Part shown: positions 43,171 through 60,164 of the stretch, in pieces
Position numbering within the stretch: position 1 is the first letter of the stretch
Layout: the number at the start of each line of letters is the position of its first letter
Assembly: GCF_009914755.1 (NCBI RefSeq)
Contig: NC_060933.1
DNA: 64,000 bases
DNA from: the human T2T-CHM13v2.0 reference genome, Homo sapiens
Direction: 5' to 3' (one strand)
Notes under the pieces: model-generated
Databases searched by the model: none
What the model was told of the DNA's origin: nothing
The model's input: only the letters and a program-made list of their open reading frames with translations
Position numbers and translations under genes: made by a program

Positions 43171-46098
43171 TAACGTAACTGGGCAGCTTAACTTCATAAT
43201 ATATTTTAAAACATTTTTCCCTTCTCTTGGGTTTCAAGATATAACCTTGAAGCAAACTGCAGAAGTCTTTTCTCTTAGCTATAAAATAGCTCCCTTTCTC
43301 ACCATATATACTCCCTGCACATTTAGCTAACTGCATGCTAGTATCTATTATGTGCCTTCTTAGAAGTTCCAGGAGGTAATCTTGAGACGGACAGACCAAG
43401 CATGGAGACCTAGCTGCAAAATTCCAGAGATTACTTCCATGCAGCTAATTAACAACTCGGCCACTGTTGAGATGATGTCAGCCTGAGGTCCAGGTGGACT
43501 GGCACCAAAGATAATCATAAAAACAAGACCCAGAGATACTGTACTCAGCACAATTCTCTTGCATGCCCTCCTTAATCAAGTTTTCCTCTTTTAAACCCCT
43601 CCCTTCCCCCGAAATAGTCAAAGTGGTTGCTTTGATGGGAATCTGGCCACTTCCCCTTTACTAGTTGTGGTTAATAAAGTCACTTTCTATCTACCAGGCC
43701 TCACTCTTGTTAACTGGACTCTGCAGGCAGTGAGCATGTGGACCTGCATTCAGTTACAATTTTAGTGGCCCATACAGTGTGCTCTGGGGGCCCAAGCCCA
43801 TGGTCTGGTTTCTATTGGACAGGGCCTGTGGGGCTGCCTGTAGGCTCCAGTTGCTTGTGGCTACCTGACCCCTTGGCTGGAATGCTAGGGAGTCTCCTGC
43901 AGCTGCCTAGATGCTTTTGTCTTGGGGATCCTCTCTTTCTCTTCCTGCTGCAGTGCCTGCTACCTCCAATATTTCACTGGTGCACTGAAAGTGACTTTTA
44001 GAGAAGTGACAAACTTTGGAATTTTGGAACTTTGAAACTTTGGAACTTGGTGAGTTAGTCGGAGTGCATTTGACCACCGTCTGCCTCTTTTGGGATGTCA
44101 CTGGGACTCTGCTCTATTTAGACTTGGCCACTAGTGACACCATTTGAGCATTTTATGCATTTGTATTTGTTTGTATTTGTGGCACCCTTGGGGCCTTGCT
44201 GGGTTCAGGCTGTTCCAGGGCTGGGGTTGGGGGGGCATTGGAAACTGAGGTGAGGGATTTGGGACTCTACTCAGCCCTCCCTCCCCCCACTTCTTCCAAG
44301 TCATCCTCCTGATAATCTTGGGGCACCCACAGCCTTATTCCTCTTGGCCAAAAGCACCCACAGCTCCCTCTGGCTAGAAACATTTCACCTTGACTGGTGA
44401 CTTGCAAAGGTGGGAAGGGTTCATCCCACACCATGTAGGTCTGGGGCACTGAGGCTCTCCCTGACAGGAGATAAACCTGGGTGGTGAGGGTACTGACCCC
44501 AAGCCTTGCAGTGGCTGAAAGGCTCACAAGCCTCCCCTCCTTCCTTTCTCTTTCCTCTTCCTTCCTGTAAAACTTGACCTTTGTCCTCTACATCTCTTTC
44601 TTTTCTTTTTCTCATTTCCTGTCCAATCCAGGGGTTCAGCCTTGAAGGAGAAAAACAGTTTCCAACATCATGGCCTCTGATTTTGTCATCTTCTCTGGGA
44701 CTGGTTACATATTCTGGCCCATTTTTGTGCACATTTTAAACTGATGGGCAAATTACAACAAGAAAAATTCAGAGTTCAAATGGTTAACCTACACTGTGGA
44801 GTTAAGTAGAATCTTCTTTAGCTCTCTACCTTCCTCTCTTTTCTGCCTGCTTTAAATCTGCTGTTATTAAACTGCTGGCGCGAGACAAGACTCATTATTT
44901 ATGGTCTAAATTGAATATAAACATTGAAAACTCATTTGAAACTGAACAGCAAAAAGGGGAAAAGATTTAAAAAGAAAAAAACCCAAACTGCCATAGAGAC
45001 TGGTTTACCCCAAATTTTGGCTGCCAGCTTTCCTTGGATTACCTATCAGGGCAAACAAAGTTAGCCACGTGGACAGCTTCCAATTTTGTCAGAAAAACAA
45101 CTTGAAGCCAGCTTTTATAGGTCAGTGAGTTTGTGATGCTATCTCATGATTAGAGTTCTCAGATAAAAGCTCTTAGACCTTTGTTTGTGTATGGATGTAT
45201 ACATGTTTAGATATGTTTATGTAATGTACATGTTATAGTTATGTTCTGTCGTGTCTAGCATGCTACCAAATTGGCTTTATAAGTAAGTGAGTACACATAA
45301 ATTAAGTTCAAATGCTTTCCAAGTTCGCATGAATCTTTGATAAATAAAACTGGCTTCAAAAATTATTAGTAAAATAAAAACAAAAATGCCTTCAGAATCA
45401 TCAGCATACATTTGTGTCTAAGCAAATAAATTTTGTATTTGTCTCTGCTAAATGTTTAAAGTGTCAGGGTTTGGCGCAAAGATTGTAAGATTATAACCCA
45501 GCCAAACACAGAGTAATCTTTGTGTAATTTTTTTGACAAATAAGACTAAGTTAGGATTGTTAGTTCAATGAAAGCAACTGAATCCTCTGAGCTATTGGCA
45601 AAATGACCATGGATTTAACTTTGAGGTTCTTACTTAGGTGTTCACCTAATGTTCGGACTTTTAAAATGGTTAACAGGGAAATAACTTTAAATAATGACTA
45701 ACTTTGTATAATATCTGTTTTCAGAAAGAATCTAGATAAACTTAAAGATTAAAAAATTAAATACACATAAATGAAATATGTTTTTTAAGTGAATTTTTTC
45801 TGTAATTTAAAATCTTAAAATTATTTTAAATTAAATAATAAATGCTTATTGGATGTCTGGTTTACTTCTAATTTTTTAAAAATTATAATAAATTATGGGA
45901 CTAATTTACAATAAAATATGGGAAAACATGGTTCTAAAATTGTGAAATGACTTCATCTATAAAATGCTAACATCTGACAAACCGTTCAGGACTTCTTGCT
46001 TACTAAGTTTCCACTAAAATTTAAAGTTAGTAGAAATAAAAATTCTAATGACTATATAATTCTATGAATTGTATTCGTATTGTAAAAATAATTTTATA

Positions 46099-46755
46099 GG
46101 CTGGACGTGGTGGCTCAGGCCTGTAATCCCAGCACTTTGGAAGGCTGAGGCAGGCGGATCACAAGGTCAGGAGATCGAGACCATCCTGGCTAACACGGTG
46201 AAACCCAGTCTCTGCTAAAAATACAAAAAATTAGCTGGGTGTGGTGGCGGGCACCTGTAGTCCCAGCTACTCAGGAGGCTGAGGCAGGAGAATGGCGTGA
46301 ACCCGGAAGGCGGAGCTTGCAGTGAGCGGAGCTTGCACCACTGCACTCCAGCCTGGGCAACAGAGAGAGACTCTGTCAAAAAAAAAAAAAAAAAAAAAAA
46401 AAGTTTATTTTAAAAGAGAGAATAATTTTATATATTAAAAAAAAAACTTGGCCAGGCACGGTGGCTTATGCCTGTAATCCCAGCATTTTGGGAGGCCAAG
46501 GCGGGCAGATAACGAGGTCAGGAGATGGAGACCATCCTGGCTAACACGGTGAAACCCCGTCTCTACTAAAAATACACAAAATTAGCCGGGCGTGGTGCCG
46601 GGCGCCTGTAGTCCCAGCTACTCAGGAGGCTGAGGCAGGAGAATGGTGTGAACCCAGTAGGCGGAGCTTGCAGTGAGCCGAGATTATGCCACCGCACTCC
46701 AGCCTGGGCGACAGAGTGAGACTCTGTCTCAAAAAAAAAAAAAAAAAAAAAAAAA
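46099..46755 (+). mobile_element. Two tandem AluY elements (46099-46402, 46450-46755)
   Basis: Both carry gagaccatcctggctaacacggtgaaacc and long A-tails. Confidence 0.9.
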
Positions 46756-47566
46756 GTTGTATGGTAAATTCTTGTCCTAAAAATAATGACTGATATCTAA
46801 AGAAACAAAATTCAGGACAAGTCAAAAAGTTTAAGCATGTCATAAATGGTTTGTATAAATTGTATTAAAGTTTGTGGAGAATTTATAAAAGAATTTTGCA
46901 TGTGATTAAGTTACCTATAATTAAAAGGGGATTCTTTATAATAGCCCCCTATGTTTAAAGCAAGGTTGTCTGTCTTAAGGTATTTATTTGCTCCTAATAA
47001 CAAGAAATTTTACTTTTATAACCTCTTTCTCTTAAAAACTTCTCAGAATCATATCTCAGAAGTTTGGCTTTGCTGTGTCTTGCTGCTTTCAGCTTTTTCT
47101 CCCCTTGAGAAGGCCTGAGAGGATAACTCTCTCATTCAGCTTTTTCCTCAACTCTTGTGATCTTTTTCCTCCAATTTTATTATTATGGCCTGGCACTAAA
47201 ACATTTTATCTTAAAGGTCTAGAAAAGCAATGTTTTCCTACATTATTACTTGATTCTGTACTTTCCTTGATATGTCTAAATTTGTCAATATGATTAGAAA
47301 GCTTCTCATGCAGTTACTGAGAATTATCTATTTCCCTGATACACTCACAGTTTGACTTCCAGGTTATCCAAATAGGCTTCCCCTAAAGAGAAGCAGCTAC
47401 ACTGCAGGTTTTTCTTTCCCTGTCTGGTAATTCACTTAAGAAACAACATTTTACATTTTATCAAAATAATTCCTATGTTGTCTTTATTAGGTTTTAATTG
47501 CTTAGAAAAGTTGAGATCTAAAAGGGTTAAAGTTTGTACAACCATATAACGTTCTGTATTGCCTTT

Positions 47567-47852
47567 TATTTGTTTGTTTGTTTGAGACAGAATCTTGCTC
47601 TGTTGCTCAGGCTGCAGTACAGTGGCACAATCTCAGCTCACTGCAATCACCGCCTCCTAGGTTCAAGTGATTCTCATGCCTCAGCCTCTCAAGTGGCTGG
47701 TCCAACACGCCCAGCTAATTTTTGTATTTTTAGCAGAGACAGTGTTTAGCCATGTTGGCCAGGCTGGTCTTGAACTCCTGGCCTCAAGTGATCCACCTGC
47801 CTCAGCCTCCCAAAGTGATGGGATTACAGGTGTGAGCCACCATGCCCAGCCT
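47567..47852 (-). mobile_element. Alu (AluS/J-like)
   Basis: Antisense Alu dimer. Confidence 0.85.
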
Positions 47853-49543
47853 GGATTGCCTTTTCAATCTTTCAATTATCACTCTGGTTAAATGAGCAAC
47901 TATTGTTTAACAATGACCTACAGTTCTGTTTTAATCAATTGTTTTGAGCCTTTTAACATCTTTAACTTTTTCAAAATTGAATCCTAAATTAAGTTTCTGA
48001 CTTTCTGCTGGGGTTTACCAAAGCTATAAAAATTAATCACCACTAGGTTTTAAAATCATTTTACAGGTTCCAGACAGGTCAAAGTCTCTAGTATCACTAC
48101 CTCTAGTCCCTAAAAAAGGCCCTTATCAGGTACTATTAACAAATCCTTGTGCAGTTAAGTTACAGGGCTTTGACTCCTGGGTGCACATATTTCATCTAAA
48201 GAAGGCATTGGCTCCTGCCAGTATCTGATACCAAACTCAAGCTAACCAAAGCCTTGTCTCTGGATCCAGGCAAAGGTGACAATCAAAGTCACCTGCTTTA
48301 ATGAGACACAAGGACAGCCTTGTAGTCAAAACCAGTAAGATTAATTTATTAATTTTGCCTCTGTCTAAAGTAATATGATTTATTCTATGCCTTAATACCA
48401 AATAATTAAAATGCTTAACTACCTATAAGCCTCCTTTCCTGTCATTCTCAGAACTAGGCTGGGCTTATGATACTTTAAAACATTACTAATTCTTTGTATT
48501 TTGTTTTACCTCCAGAATTGAAACTATTCAATCCCCCAGGCCTAAAGACTATAGTGGAAGAAGTGAGCGTCTGACATAGTAAGGGCCAGTCTTATGGGAT
48601 CAAATTAATTCAGAGCCTCCAAATCCAGGACGGACACAGAGAGGCTTCAACAGCTGAACAAAAGGCTTGTGTCTTGTGCAGCTAAGTGCTACTAGCCAAG
48701 CTCACAGTAGCTCGATGTATAGATTTGTAGATAAGTCAATTTTGGAAGCTTGCCTTTTGGCTTTGGGTTTTTGGCTTTTACATTGCTTAAAAGGGGTTTT
48801 AAGGTTAATGAATGCCTGGCCACCTCCATTCCCATCTGGCCTGGAACATTTAACTGGCTTCCACTGTTTTGACTCTAAGTCCCTGGGCCATAGGGGTCCC
48901 ATCGAGGAACATCATGGACCCTGGGAAGGTAACCATACCACCCCAGCATCCACATGGGACAAAATAAAAGCTTGGCCATCAATACTGCCCCTGGAATACC
49001 TTGACAAAAAAGGGAGAATATAAACTAAAATAAAATCCTAAGCCTCTCAACAGACTGAATGGACCTGCCTCTTGGCCGAAGGAAATCCCCAGATAAACTG
49101 AAAAACAAGTTCAGGCCATGGCAGGAAGCGGGATCAGACAGGCCTCCCTATACCTTCCCCCACTTTTTGGAATTAGGCACAACTGAAAACCCTAAGATTG
49201 ACAAAATAGGCTGTTTGTCACAATAAAATACCCAATTAGAAACGGGACCTAAGGCCACGCCAGGCAAGGGTTAGTCACTCACTCCTATTTTGAAGAGGAA
49301 ACCATGTCCTAACTGCCATAGGTTTTTCTTTTTCTCTAGCAGCCAAACAAGCGCTGGCCTTAAGATCAGCTGACTAACTCACCCCCAGGCTCTTGTTCCA
49401 CCAGCCAAGACTACAGCTTTAATTAGACAAAAGACTAAATTTCAGTAGCTCTCCTGATAAAAGACCACCAACCATGGGCTAGGTCTGGCCAGTTTACAGA
49501 AAGCACACACTGTGTGCCTTTATGTCCTAGAAAGATCTTTTGA

Positions 49544-50487
<944 letters not shown>

Positions 50488-50679
50488 GTTAAATATGTAT
50501 ATTTTGCCAACCTGTTGTCAAGCCCCACAGGAACCCCAAATATAATTGACAGTGGGGACCATGAAGTATAAGTAAAACTAAGTGCTGTACATACTTCCTG
50601 AATAATGCCCAAAACATACCCTCAGCCCCACAAGACACAGAAAAGCAAACTGCTACTATGTCTTAATCCCACAATGTCT

Positions 50680-51238
<559 letters not shown>

Positions 51239-51364
51239 AGGTTGCTATGGATTTTATTGCCGTTGTACACTTTATATAGAATGAAGGACAAGTTTTCTGA
51301 ATTGTGAAGTTTCTAGTCCTGCTGGATGTCACAAACCCACCCAGCTCTCTGTTGCTAGGATTTC

Positions 51365-51610
51365 AGGGTAGGCAGAATGGCCCAAAAGATATGCCAGTCC
51401 CCAGGATCTGTGAATACCCAGCATTACATGGCAACAAAGACTTTTCAGGTGTACTCAGGGGTTCAGATTTCAAATAGGGAGATCACTGTGGACCTTCCAG
51501 GTTAGATTAGTTCAATCTAATCCAATGAGCGTTAGCAGAAAACTTTCTGTGGCTGGGGACAGGAGAGATGAGGCAAGAGGGGGAGAGGATGTCAGAGATT
51601 CAGAATGCCA
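51365..51610 (+). mobile_element. MLT1 (MaLR) LTR fragment
   Basis: ggtaggcagaatggcccaaaagat...tgtgaata...ttacatggcaa. Confidence 0.6.
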
Positions 51611-51908
51611 CCTGGAACCTAATGCCATGTCTGACATTTGTGTTGCACCCAGACTTTCAAAACAAGATCTCAGCTGTCCTTCTGTGTTACCCTCCCAGGA
51701 ATGCCAGAAAGTAGGCAGAGAAAGAATCGCCAATCCAGTTCTTCTAATGAGGAGCCCCAGGCAGAGAAAAGTTGGTGGTTTGCCTACAGTGGCTTTTCTC
51801 GTTAGTGGGAAGACAAAGGGTAGGACTCCAAACACACGGTTTTCAGCCCAGGAACCTTCCAGAGACCACCACAGGAAGGAGGTGTAAAATGTCAGCCTGT
51901 CTACTCAC

Positions 51909-52001
51909 CTTTCTATAGATGGCAAAGATGGTTCCGATGGAGGCCAGGCAGTCAATATTGGAAGATCCATCCAGTGGGTCAAAGCAGACCACGTATTTCC
52001 C
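51909..52001 (-). CDS. FBP2: FBP2 coding exon 3 ([31 protein letters not shown])
   Basis: gatttag|GGG ... AAG|gtgagt; 93 nt; metal-binding DPLDGS motif. Confidence 0.98.
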
Positions 52002-52915
52002 CTAAATCAGAGAGGAAAGCACCAACTGATCAGCACATCTTCCCATTAGCACAATTGCTCTGTGTCAGGGCTGTGCGTGGCAGAGTACACCACATCAAAA
52101 AGAGATTGAGAACCACAGCATATCTTTATCAAAAAACACCATGACTTACGGAGGGCAGGGTGCCAGTTTATACACAAATACTCCTCTGGGTTTTGTATCC
52201 ATCTCACCTGTCTGATGCGAAGACCAGAAGATAAAGTGGGTGTGTCTTGAGAGACCAACGTCCCCCACACCCACCCACTCTGCTGTCACAGGCAGCTCAA
52301 GCCACCAAGGGAAGCCCCAGGTCCTTTTTATAGCCCCCTGTGTGCAAGGTCACGAGAGACCCTTAGTGATGGCGACCGGAACCCCCAGGCCAATTAAACA
52401 CGGGTAATGCAACTTCAAGAGAAATGAGGGTCATTTCTCCCTCCACTTGATTTAGTTTTCCCTGACTTTCCAATGAGTATTGGCCTAGCTTCATTTGAGC
52501 TTTGTTTCTGTTTTTTTTCCTTGCTCAGCCAGAGTAGAAAAGTTAGATAATTTGTAAACTTGGAAATTCCCCAACATCTCTATAATAATCCAATTTTTAA
52601 AAAAAAAATCCAATTTAGCCCATTCATTCATGCATGCATGCATTCAGCAGATACATGTTGAGCTTCCAGCATATGCTGGGAAGTAAGTGTTCAAGGCCCT
52701 GGGGTTTGTTTCCGGGGGGTCAGCGATCCCGGCAGCAAGGCTGGATTTCATGGCACTGACATTCCAGTGGGAGAACAGACAGAGAGCACACAGGTCAGGA
52801 CACATACAAGCAGGCTGTGGCACGTGCCCTAACGAAAACCCACATAGGCTGGGGGCTGGAGAGCCATGAGGGGGGGTCACATTTGATGACAGACCTGACT
52901 AGAATTAAGGAATGA

Positions 52916-53365
<450 letters not shown>

Positions 53366-53425
53366 TAGAAAGAAGAATTTTCGACAGAGAGATCAGCAGG
53401 TTTGGAGTATTCAAGAGCTGCCACG

Positions 53426-53812
<387 letters not shown>

Positions 53813-54638
53813 TCAGACTGGAGAGAGAAACAAGAGTCATATCAACTGAAACTGAAAGTTGGAAGTAATAGTGTGATGTAGCTAAAATTATGTGAGACGA
53901 GGGCAAAAGTGCCTTTTGCAGTACCTGGCATAGAGCAGAGGTTAAATAAATTTGGCTTTACTTTAAATTCTTTTCCATTCCTCCAGCTAATCACAAAGAA
54001 ATGGCCTCTTGTCTATTGACTATATTGCAGCTGAACATTGATTGAAACTTTTGGCCATTGGCAAACCTCTCTGTATAATAAGCTGTGTGTGAACCCATAG
54101 TGAATGCAGACCCTCCCCAGCCGTGCCTTCCTTCACCGACTTCACCATCCTACGAGGTAAGAGCACAGGAGGCTTGTGGTTTTGTTTCTGGACCAGCCTA
54201 ACAGCTTGTCAGGCACTAAGAAATCTCTGCTGAAACTGTAACCCCTCGCAAAGTGCCGGCTGGGGGCGGGGGTGGAATGAGAAGGCGGGGCGGTGAGAGG
54301 CTGTACAGTACAGCTCTTCCCTGGACTCCACAAGGTTAAGCCCCCAAAAATTTGGCTCTTGTTACTGATTAAGTGAACAGCCACGAACAAGCGCCCACTG
54401 AGGCGGTTCCTGCATCACTCTGAACAATTTCCTGAATGAATCACTGTCCTACTGTGGAGTCTTCTTTCTCTAGACAGCACAAGATTTCCAAGTAGAGAAG
54501 TATGTAATCCTTTGTTTCCAGAAAACAAATGTTAAGAAATAGAGGAGAATCCCGGGAATTAAAGAAAAGTAAGGCAGCTTATTTCCGGCTCAGTATCATC
54601 ATCTACTGGCGAGCGGGCACCGCAGCCCCATGACGCAC

Positions 54639-54801
54639 CCGCTTCTCCTTGGCGGTGATGATGGCGTCCTTATTCTCTTCTGAGACCAGGACGCAGGTAC
54701 TATAGGAGGATTGGAGCATGTTGATCACCAGGGAATTGGATAGCACATCCAGTTTCTTCACCTCATCTCCCGTCACGTTAACGCTTCCTGCGATTCCATA
54801 C
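54639..54801 (-). CDS. FBP2: FBP2 coding exon 2 ([32 protein letters not shown]...AKEKR)
   Basis: cttctcag|G TAT ... CGG|gtgcgt; 163 nt; muscle-type GDEVKKLD (Glu) loop. Confidence 0.98.
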
Positions 54802-55048
54802 CTGAGAAGACAAAAGGCTGAATGAGGAAGTCACTAGGGGGTCTTAACTCCAGCAAAGAGCCTGGGACCCTAAAACGCCAGCAGTGCAGTCCCCTCTCGT
54901 TCTGTGTCTCTGGAGTCTCCAAGTCACACGTGCAGAAGAAGGCGATTATGCCTGGCAGGATACCTCTCAGCCTTGCCTCCCTTACACCTTGGAGTCGTCA
55001 TATTTTCTTAGCCTTCCAATGAGATGACCCAGGACTCAGTCTCACTAA

Positions 55049-55539
<491 letters not shown>

Positions 55540-55674
55540 TAAAATTGCCCTGTGGTAGCTTGGTGTTACTTGAACTGAGAAGGAAATGTGGGGGCAGACT
55601 TATTTCATTTTTTTCTTCACTGCCATCCCAAGCAGTATAAGAGAGTGCTACTACGAGAATTCTATGCCAGTCAG

Positions 55675-55952
55675 GGCCAGGGCCTCGTGCCTGTAATCCC
55701 AGCACTGTGGGAGGCCGAGGCGTGTAGGTCGCTTGAGCCCAGGAGTTCAAGACCAGTCTGGGCAACACAGTGAGACCCTGTCTTTACAAAAAAATACAAA
55801 AATTAGCTGGATGTGGTGGCACACACCTGTAGTCCCAGCTACTTTGGAGGCTGAGATGAAAGGATCATCTAAGCCTGGGGAGGTGGAGGTTGCAGTGAGC
55901 TGTGATCACGCCACTGCACTGCAGCCTGAGCGATGGAGGGAGACCCTCAAAA
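55675..55952 (+). mobile_element. AluJ-like
   Basis: gcttgagcccaggagttcaagaccag. Confidence 0.8.
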
Positions 55953-57796
55953 TAATTCTATCTAGAGGCTTTGGGTTTTAGAGCATTCATATGCAAAGGT
56001 CTCCCCACTTCCACCCTCGCCCCTTCAGGGGGTTCTCAACACACCAGCAGGAGGGGTCCTCCTAAAGTGCCCCCAGTCTTACCCAGAGGCAAAATCCAAG
56101 TCCCCGCAAGTGGGTGTCAGGCACCACCGTGGAATCTCTGCGCCCGGGTTGGCATGGCTGCCCGTCTCTCTCATCCTCACAGGGTCAGCCCCAGCCTCTG
56201 AAACCTCCAAGGCACACACCTGCCTTGTGACTGACTGCCCAGTGGCCTTGCTGCCCCACCTGGGACACTCTTCCTCAAGAGCCATGTGACGGCCACCCCA
56301 GTCAAGCTTTGGCTCAAGGATCATCTCTCAGTAGTGCCTTCTCTGGCCGTCTGTTTGGAGCAGCATTCCCTGGTCCCCAACATCTTACTCGATGCATTTT
56401 CTCCTCTGCCCTGACCACCATCTAGGTCCTGTTTATTGTCTGTGAGCTTCCACAATGGCAGGATTTTTTTTTCCATTCTGAGGGAAGCCGTATCCTTCAT
56501 GTGTCCACCCTGCACCACTACAGCAAGGCTCAGCCACCCCGCCACCCTCTCACGTTCCAACAGCCGCAGATGTCCCTGGGCCAGCACCCAGCAAGCGGCT
56601 CTGGTCCTTCTCGCCTTCACTAATGGTGTTCCCACCACAGCAGTGCTCTCTGCCCGGCTTTCTTCCTGCTATTCCTCCTTTTCCTCTCTGGGACGCCTCC
56701 CTGGTCCTCTCAAGTGGGCCCCACACACCAGAAACACCCCATCATCCCTCCTCAGTGTTCACCACACTCACGGACTGGCTTCCTGCTGCATGACCTGCTT
56801 GCAGAGGGCAGGATCCATCCTTCTGTCTGTTTCTGCAGTGCCCAGACACACAGCCCATGCTCCATGTCTGCTCACTGAGTTATGAGGAAAGGATGGCAAG
56901 AAAGGAATTTCCTTTGCCTACTGATGTGAATGCTATTTATTTGTTGAAGGAAATCTCAGGTGGTTCTAACAGGTAGCCAGGGTTGAGAACCACTGATCTA
57001 CCTTAAGCTGGGGGCAAACTCATTTCCCACCCTCTTCCCTGAACAGCACCCCCACCTCACCCCCCAACACCAACCCCCACCCACAGCACATCATTTGGTG
57101 TCTGAGGAACCATGACGTGAGCAGTCAGCTGTCTTGGAAAACACTCCTAGCAGCCTCACCCCAAAGACTGTGCCTCCTGGTCAAGACAAAAGCAAGCAAG
57201 CAACAGCAGCAACAAAACTAGGCTGACTGCATCTGAGTTTCAGGGGACCACAAACACAGGCCTTGGTTCGATATGGAATCTGAATGCGCTTGCCACTGGA
57301 GAATGAACAGCAGGCCCAGGCCTGCGGTGGGCAGAGCTGAGAAACAGCCTCTGTCCTGCGCTTTGCAAATGCCCCCTCATCCGCCTAACCCCACCCCTCA
57401 GCCGACCCCCTGCACCCTCTCTCCAGGCACTGGGCAGCACCCCTCCTCCTAGAAAGAATGGAAACTCACCAGGAGATGTGAGTTCCCGGCAATAGCTTCA
57501 CCTGAGATGATGGGTGAAAGGGGCTCTCTAGCCCGTAGGACAGTATCTTGCAGTGTTCTGACTGACACTAAAGCTAACTAACAGTCTCTAAAGGAATGAT
57601 CCCCCACGGCCATGAGAAAGCCAAGGAGAGGCTCCAGGCGGGCACTCCAGCCTCTCTTGTTCCCACCATAAGAAGAGGAAAGAGAAGGGGAAAAGGAGAC
57701 TCTCATAACTTTTAAATTGCATTCACGGAGCCCTTGCTAGAAAGATCTCCCCAAAAGGAGCCAGGGGCTTGCGGTCCCCTGCCTGGGTGGTGGTGG

Positions 57797-58963
57797 TGTG
57801 TCCGGAATTGGTAGGTTCTTGGTCTCACTGACTTCAAGAATGAAGCCGCGGACCCTCGCGGTGAGTGTTACAGCTCTTAAGGTGGCGCATCTGGAGTTGT
57901 TCGTTCCTCCCAGTGGGCTCGTGGTCTCACTGGGCTCAGAAGTGAAGCTGCAGATCTTCGCGGTGAGTGTTACAGATCATAAAAGCAGCGTGGACCCAAA
58001 GAGTGAGCAGCAGCAAGAGCGAAAGAACAAAGCCTCCACAGTGTGGAAAGAGACCCAAACGGGTTGCCGATGCTGGTTTAGGCAGCCTGCTTTTATTCTC
58101 TTATCTGGCCCACCCACATCCTGCTGATTGGTAGAGCCGAGTGGCCTGTTTTGTCAGGGCGCTGATTGGTGCGTTTACAATCCCTGAGCTACATACAAAG
58201 GTTCTCCACGTCCCCATCAGATTAGTTAGATACAGAGTTTCCACACACAGGTTCTCCAAGGCCCCACCAGAGCAGCTAGATACAGAGTGTCGATTGGTGC
58301 ACTCACAAACCTTGAGCTAAACACAGGGTGCTGATTGGTGTATTTACAATCCCTGAGCTAGATATAAAGACTCTCCACGTCCCCACCAGACTCAGGAGCC
58401 CAGCTGGCTTCACCTAGTGGATCCCGCACCGGGGCTGCAGGTGGAGCTGCCTGCCAGTCCTGCGCCGTGCGCTCGCATTCCTCAGCCCTTGGGTGGTCGA
58501 TGGGACTGAGCGCTGTGGAGCGGGGGGTGGCGCTCGTCGGGGAGGCTCGGGCCGCACAGGAGCCCATGGAGTGGATGGGAGGCTCAGGCATGGCGGGCTG
58601 CAGGTCCCGAGCCCTGCCCCGCGGGAAGGCACCTAAGGCCCAGCGAGAAATCGAGCGCAGCGCCAGTGGGCCAGCACTGCTGGGGGACTCAGTACACCCT
58701 CCGCAGCCACTGGCCCGGGTGCTAAGTCCCCCATTGCCGGGGGCCAGCAGGGCTGGCTGGCTGCTCCGAGTGCGGGCCCGCCAAGCCCACGCCCACCCGG
58801 AACTCCAGCTGGCCCGCAAGCGCCGCACGCAGCCCCAGTTCCCGCTCGCACCTCTCCCTCCACACCTCCCTGAAAGCTGAGGGAGTGGGCTCCAGCCTTG
58901 GCCAGCCCAGAAAGTGGCTCCCACAGTGCAGTGGGGGGCTGAAAGGCTCCTCAAATGCCGCCA
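57797..58963 (-). mobile_element. LTR12C (HERV9) solo LTR, sense to FBP2, in intron 1
   Basis: Minus strand ends ...ccaattccggacaca; U3 CCAAT repeats at 58127, 58165, 58293, 58334; AGATAA at 58101; AATAAAA TATA-like box at 58091-58097; 4-bp TSD GTGG at 57793-57796 and 58964-58967. Confidence 0.92.
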
Positions 58964-59810
58964 GTGGTCATTGACGGCTCAGGCACAGGCAAATCTGGTC
59001 TGGGCTTGGAACCGCGGTAGTGACAGGCACTGTGCGTGTCTTACGGGGCCGGCACAGTTGAAATCGTCATCACATGCGCTCGCTAACTCTGCAACAACCC
59101 TAAGAGTTAGGGATGCTACTATACTCTCCATTTCACAAAGGGAATCTAAGGTCCTAGCAAGAGTAAATCACGCCCATTATCACACGGTAGGAAATGCCAA
59201 ATTAATAAGCACCTCAATTATCCAGTTCCTAGGGCCACTTTGTCTCCTTGCTCAACCGCCATAAAGTCAGAGTTTTGCAGCAGATAAGCAAGACCCCTAC
59301 CATGGCAGCCACTGCCTAGCCAAGAGCCCTGCACAGAGGGGGAGCCCAATTTATGTGGATGAATCACCCTGAGATGGACTCAGGCAACCGCATTGAGGAT
59401 AGCAGGGTCCGCACAGGGAGAGGCAAAGTCCCTGTCTACCGTCACTCAGCAGGGCTGTCACCCACAGGAGCAGAACAGGGCACCGCCTGCCCTCACATTC
59501 TGGAAGGCGATTAAATGCAGAGCGTGGCTGTTATTGCCAAATGAGGTAAAAACAGAGCTGAAGCATCCACCCACAGGAAAAAAGCAAGGATAATGCACCG
59601 TTAACCTGGGTCCTGCTACTGGGTCACCACCCCTAAATAAATACAGTCTGTGGTGATCAAATGATAATTACATCTTGTAATCTAATGCTATCACTTTTTG
59701 TGTTAAAAGCACTTAATTGCTCAGAGTAAATATTTTAAATGATTGGACTTTGTTAGCTCCTCATTTTGAGTCTCTTTCATCCCCAAAATATGTGTTCCTT
59801 CAGCTCCTGA

Positions 59811-60164
<354 letters not shown>

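Noticed and set aside
57798-58954. ORFs of 109-198 aa
   Set aside because: Entirely within GC-rich LTR12C; such open frames are expected in this LTR
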